DNA of 32,000 bases from contig NC_013771.1 of NCBI RefSeq assembly GCF_000025125.1, forward strand, positions 971,949-1,003,948, written 5' to 3'. A model generated the notes under the pieces. The model saw nothing but the letters and a program-made list of their open reading frames with translations, made no database searches and was not told where the DNA came from. Numbering within the stretch: position 1 is the stretch's first letter; the number at the start of each line of letters is the position of its first letter. The translations under genes and the position numbers were made by a program. The DNA is from Candidatus Atelocyanobacterium thalassa isolate ALOHA (GTDB taxonomy: Bacteria; Cyanobacteriota; Cyanobacteriia; Cyanobacteriales; Microcystaceae). Shown here in pieces: positions 27,980 through 32,000 of the stretch.

Positions 27980-29827
27980 TTAATCTAATTCAAACTCATT
28001 TTGCCAAGATTTATCATGTTTCCATTTAGGTTGATCTACCTTTTTAAGTACATAGTCATTGATTACCAAGTAATCCATCTCAGTTCTCATAAAACAACGA
28101 TAAGCGTCTTCGGGTGTACAGACGATAGGTTCGCCTCTTACATTAAAAGATGTGTTAATTAAAACTCCACATCCTGTTAAAGCTTCAAAATGCTTGATTA
28201 ATTGATAATATCTAGAATTATTCGCAGGATTTACTGTTTGTATCCTAGCTGAGTAATCAACATGAGTAACTGCAGGAATAGTTGATCGAACAGCCTTCAA
28301 TTTATCTATACCAAATAAACTTTGAGTTTCTTTTTGGTTATTTATACGTAAGTCTTCTTTAACTTTAGCAACTATTAACATATAGTCACTAGGTTTTTCT
28401 AACTCAAAGTATTGTGAGGCTTTTTCTGTTAATACAGAAGGAGCGAAAGGACGAAAAGACTCTCTATATTTAATTTTTAAATTCATAATAGATTGCATCT
28501 CTTGATTTCGTGGATCACCAAGAATAGATCTATTACCTAGTGCTCGAGGTCCAAATTCCATACGTCCCTGGAACCAACCCACAACATATCCTTTGGATAA
28601 AATTGAGGCCACTTCATTAAGAAGTTCATCTTCTTCTTTAAAATAATTATATTTAGCTTTTACATCATCAAGATATTCTTGAGTCTCGTCATTATTAAAC
28701 TGGGGTCCTAAGTACGAACCTTGCATCATATCAGGTTCATTTATGTTTAAGTGACGTTCGTTACTAAGATATTGATACCAGACTGCTAGCGCAGCTCCAA
28801 CGGAACCACCTGCATCTCCAGCCGCAGGTTGTATCCAAATATTTTTAAAATTTGTTTCCTGATATATTCTTCCATTAGCAACACAATTTAAAGCAACTCC
28901 ACCTGCTAAACAAAGGTTATCTGTTTTTAGTTCTTGATAAGCTGTATTAGCCAACCTTAAGACCACTTCTTCAGTTACTTTTTGTATAGAAGCGGCAATA
29001 TCCATTTCGTGTTGTGTAATTTTATTTTCTGCTTTGCGAGGAGGTTGGCCAAAGAGACGAGAAAATTTATTATTAATCATTTTTAGTCCCATGGCATAGT
29101 TGAAATATTCCATGTTTAAGCGAAAACTACCATCTGCTTTTATGTCAATTAAATTTTCTAAAATTAAATTGACATATTTTGGCTCTCCATAAGGAGCTAA
29201 TCCCATTAACTTATATTCTCCAGAATTAACTTTAAATCCAGTATAGTAAGTGAAAGCAGAATATAATAACCCTAAAGAATGAGGAAAATGAAGCTCCCAT
29301 CTAGGTGTTATTCGATTTGATTCTCCAAGCCATAAAGATGTTGTTGCCCATTCTCCAACAGCATCCAAACATAAAATTGCAGCATTGTCGAAAGGACTAG
29401 GAAAAAAAGCAGAAGCAACATGTGATTGATGATGTTCCGTAAATAGTAGGGGAGGAAGTTGACCAACTTTACAATTAGCTAGTTTTGCTAACTCTTTTTT
29501 GAGAACTGTTTTTAGATAAAGTTTTTCTTTTAACCATACTGTCATAGCAGAAATGAAAGAATGAAAACCTTGAGGGGCGTATGCTATATAGGTTTCCAAA
29601 AGACGCTCAAAGGTTATTAAAGGTTTCTCGTAAAAAACAATATAATCTAATTTTCTCAAAGGTATTTTTGCTTCTTCTAAAGCATAAGCAATAGCATTTT
29701 TAGGAAATCTCGCATCATGTTTTTTACGAGTAAATCTTTCTTCTTGTGCAGCAGCTATAATACGACCTGATTTAACTAATGCTGCTGCACTGTCATGGTA
29801 ATAAGCAGAAATTCCTAAAATATTCAT
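27980..29827 (-). CDS. Carbamoyltransferase (NodU/CmcH/SxtI-type O-carbamoyltransferase family)
   Basis: 615-aa ORF. The N-terminus MNILGISAYYHDSAAALV, the segment LCLAGGVALNCVANG, and the motifs GPRALGNRSILGDPR and TSFNVRGEPIVCTPEDA are typical of this two-domain family. Confidence 0.9.
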   Translation of the reverse strand: MNILGISAYYHDSAAALVKSGRIIAAAQEERFTRKKHDARFPKNAIAYALEEAKIPLRKLDYIVFYEKPLITFERLLETYIAYAPQGFHSFISAMTVWLKEKLYLKTVLKKELAKLANCKVGQLPPLLFTEHHQSHVASAFFPSPFDNAAILCLDAVGEWATTSLWLGESNRITPRWELHFPHSLGLLYSAFTYYTGFKVNSGEYKLMGLAPYGEPKYVNLILENLIDIKADGSFRLNMEYFNYAMGLKMINNKFSRLFGQPPRKAENKITQHEMDIAASIQKVTEEVVLRLANTAYQELKTDNLCLAGGVALNCVANGRIYQETNFKNIWIQPAAGDAGGSVGAALAVWYQYLSNERHLNINEPDMMQGSYLGPQFNNDETQEYLDDVKAKYNYFKEEDELLNEVASILSKGYVVGWFQGRMEFGPRALGNRSILGDPRNQEMQSIMNLKIKYRESFRPFAPSVLTEKASQYFELEKPSDYMLIVAKVKEDLRINNQKETQSLFGIDKLKAVRSTIPAVTHVDYSARIQTVNPANNSRYYQLIKHFEALTGCGVLINTSFNVRGEPIVCTPEDAYRCFMRTEMDYLVINDYVLKKVDQPKWKHDKSWQNEFELD

Positions 29828-30010
29828 CTTAAATTTAATTCCTCACTTTGATTTGATAAAACGTAACTAATCTCACAAAAAATGTATATTATATCAGGAT
29901 TCTAATATGTTAGTTAATCGATAGCTCATAACTTGGATTTAAAAAAATAAGGTATGTAAGAAACCATACATATATTAAATTACTATAAATCTTTCTTACT
30001 ATTTAATTGA

Positions 30011-30057
30011 TTAGTTGCTTGAAAAAATATTAAAGTTACTTTTTTTCAAGCAACTAA
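30011..30057. repeat. Orphan 17-bp perfect inverted repeat (hairpin) in a divergent intergenic region
   Basis: TTAGTTGCTTGAAAAAA (30011-30027) pairs with TTTTTTCAAGCAACTAA (30041-30057) over a 13-nt loop. It lies 184 bp upstream of the carbamoyltransferase start and 334 bp upstream of the aspS start. No annotated gene ends here. Confidence 0.4.
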
Positions 30058-30390
30058 GGCTAATTTCTTAATAAAAAGTCAGCAACTTTTCATTAACTCT
30101 TCATGAAGAATTATAATTTATTTTTTATTAAAATTTATTTCTCAAGACACCTTAGCTACTACTTAGTGAGAAAACCGTGATTTATCTAAAATCAAGGCAT
30201 ATAATTATAAAAAATTAGCTATTTGATTCATGGAATATAAATTTATTCTTAAAAAAAATCTTATGATAAATAACATAATCAACTTATTTATAAATAAGAG
30301 ATAATGAGAAATACTTTTGACTTTTAATTATTCAATCTTATTAAAGATTAATATAATAAATAATATTTAATATTTTAATTTAAACTTTAG

Positions 30391-32000
30391 ATGCGAACTC
30401 ATTACTGTAATCAACTAAGTGCGATGGATCTTGGTACGAATGTTACCCTTTTTGGATGGGTTGATCGTCGTCGAGATCACGGAGGAGTGATTTTTATAGA
30501 CTTACGAGATCATACTGGTATTATTCAAATTGTTAGCGATCCGAAACATAATTCTTCATCTTATGAAACTGCTGAAAGATTACGTAATGAATATGTTATT
30601 AAAATCATAGGTAAAGTTAGTTGTCGTCCTTCAGATTCTCTAAACTCAAAGATGAAAACTGGAGAAATAGAAATATATGCAGACTCTATTGAAATACTTA
30701 GTGTAGTAAATAAAAAACTACCTTTTAGTATCTCAGGCTCAGAAGAAGAATTAATAAAAGAAGAAACTCGTCTTAGATATCGCTACCTAGATTTAAGACG
30801 AGAAAAAATGTTAAGCAATTTACAGCTTCGTCATAAAGTGATTAAAACTATACGACACTATTTAGAAGATTACCAGAACTTTATAGAAGTAGAAACTCCT
30901 ATCCTAACTAGGTCTACTCCTGAAGGAGCACGAGATTATTTAGTTCCTTCCAGAGTAAATTTTGGACAATGGTATGCTTTGCCGCAGTCCCCTCAATTGT
31001 TTAAACAGCTGCTTATGGTATCAGGCTTTGATCGTTATTATCAAGTAGCAAGATGTTTCCGTGATGAAGACTTAAGGGCTGATAGACAACCTGAGTTTAC
31101 TCAACTAGACATGGAGATGAGTTTCATGTCTGAGGATGAAATTTTAGATCTAAACGAAGGTTTAATTTGTCATATTTTTAAGACTATTAAAAATGTAGAA
31201 TTATCTCGTCCTTTTCCACGTTTAACATATCAATATGTTATGGAAAATTATGGGACAGACTGTCCAGATACTCGTTTTGACTTAACTTTAGTTGATGTAT
31301 CTGATATTCTTCGAAATAGTAAATTTAAAGTATTTTCGGAAGCAATTAAAAATTCAGGAAGTGTAAAAGTATTACCTATACCTGAAGGTAATAGTGCGAT
31401 CTCCAACGTTCGAATCAAGTCAGGAGGAGATCTTTTCCAAGAAGCAGTAGAATCAGGCTCTAAGGGGATTGTTTATATTCGAGTAAAAGAAGATTCTCAG
31501 ATAGAAACTATTGGAGCAATAAAAGATAATTTAACCAATGAACAGAAAAAAGATTTACTAGAGAAAACAGGAGCAAAACCTGGTCATCTACTATTGATTA
31601 GTGCTGGGGATACGGCGCTAGTTAATAAATCCTTATCTCGCTTAAGACTAATAATTGGGAAACAGATGAATCTTATTGATAAAAATAAAATAAATTTGTT
31701 ATGGGTAACAGAATTTCCATTATTTGAATGGAATCCTGATGAACAACGATTCGAATCGTTGCACCATCCATTTACCTGTCCTAATACTTCAGACTTAAAT
31801 GATCTGACCACAGCCAGAGCACAAGCTTATGATTTGATATTTAATGGAATAGAAGTTGGCGGTGGAAGCTTGAGGATTTATCAGAAAGATATTCAAAAAA
31901 AAGTTTTTCAAACCATTGGATTATCAGAGGAAGAAATTCATAATAAATTTCAATTTATATTAGATGCTTTTGAATATGGAGCGCCTCCTCATGGAGGGAT
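30391..32000 (+). CDS. aspS: Aspartate--tRNA ligase (3' end outside window)
   Basis: It is not in the ORF track because no stop occurs before the window end. Frame 1 from ATG 30391 is open to 32000. Translation begins [43 protein letters not shown]. It contains [18 protein letters not shown] (motif 2), GGGSLRI and GAPPHGG. Confidence 0.93.
   Translation, partial: MRTHYCNQLSAMDLGTNVTLFGWVDRRRDHGGVIFIDLRDHTGIIQIVSDPKHNSSSYETAERLRNEYVIKIIGKVSCRPSDSLNSKMKTGEIEIYADSIEILSVVNKKLPFSISGSEEELIKEETRLRYRYLDLRREKMLSNLQLRHKVIKTIRHYLEDYQNFIEVETPILTRSTPEGARDYLVPSRVNFGQWYALPQSPQLFKQLLMVSGFDRYYQVARCFRDEDLRADRQPEFTQLDMEMSFMSEDEILDLNEGLICHIFKTIKNVELSRPFPRLTYQYVMENYGTDCPDTRFDLTLVDVSDILRNSKFKVFSEAIKNSGSVKVLPIPEGNSAISNVRIKSGGDLFQEAVESGSKGIVYIRVKEDSQIETIGAIKDNLTNEQKKDLLEKTGAKPGHLLLISAGDTALVNKSLSRLRLIIGKQMNLIDKNKINLLWVTEFPLFEWNPDEQRFESLHHPFTCPNTSDLNDLTTARAQAYDLIFNGIEVGGGSLRIYQKDIQKKVFQTIGLSEEEIHNKFQFILDAFEYGAPPHGG

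Noticed and set aside
27386-29827. Possibility that the sxtI/J/K-like genes mark a saxitoxin (or other toxin) biosynthetic cluster
   Set aside because: No polyketide-synthase-like sxtA, amidinotransferase, cyclase or other sxt genes flank the trio. The neighbours are hisS and aspS. The trio is known to occur widely outside toxin clusters.
31584-31811. 75-aa minus-strand ORF from the ORF track
   Set aside because: It is antisense within aspS, whose plus-strand frame is open from 30391 to the window end and carries all the class II motifs.
1-32000. Searched for CRISPR arrays, tandem repeats, IS or transposase/integrase genes, prophage or defence-island content
   Set aside because: I saw no regularly spaced direct repeats and no ORFs with transposase, integrase, nuclease/helicase or restriction-modification hallmarks. 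All large ORFs are accounted for by housekeeping or conserved cyanobacterial families.

Overview
This is an AT-rich cyanobacterial chromosome segment. The lineage call rests on a stand-alone 629-aa rpoC1 (the split beta-prime/gamma subunit found only in cyanobacteria and plastids), plus Tic22-like, Hik2/CSK-like, CCB1-like and DUF3155-like proteins. By my coordinates about 25.7 of 32 kb (~80%) is coding: 22 CDS, two of them absent from the ORF track, and one tRNA-Leu(UAG). The CDS are separated by very AT-rich spacers of 0.45-0.9 kb. That pattern fits a compact or eroding genome such as an endosymbiotic or UCYN-A-like cyanobacterium, but this is inference only and G+C was not computed. Content is mostly housekeeping: histidine kinase 3' end, peptide-type ABC binding protein and permease, UPF0182 membrane protein, rpoC1, deoC, GAF histidine kinase, smc, ispE, hisS and aspS (5' part, unlisted because it runs off the window). 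I found no rRNA, CRISPR array, transposase or integrase, phage genes or recognisable defence system, and no convincing wholly novel multi-gene system. The most interesting items are: (1) a carbamoyltransferase / SxtJ-like / SxtK-like cassette of unknown function, whose 53-aa third gene is missing from the ORF track and is joined to the second gene by a TAATG overlap; (2) rpoC1 detached from rpoB and rpoC2, with its own hairpin downstream; (3) five long perfect or near-perfect AT-rich hairpins (14-28 bp stems), one of them orphaned in a divergent promoter region; (4) a 689-aa FAD-dependent oxidoreductase with a signal-like N-terminal extension and a Fur-box-like palindrome upstream.
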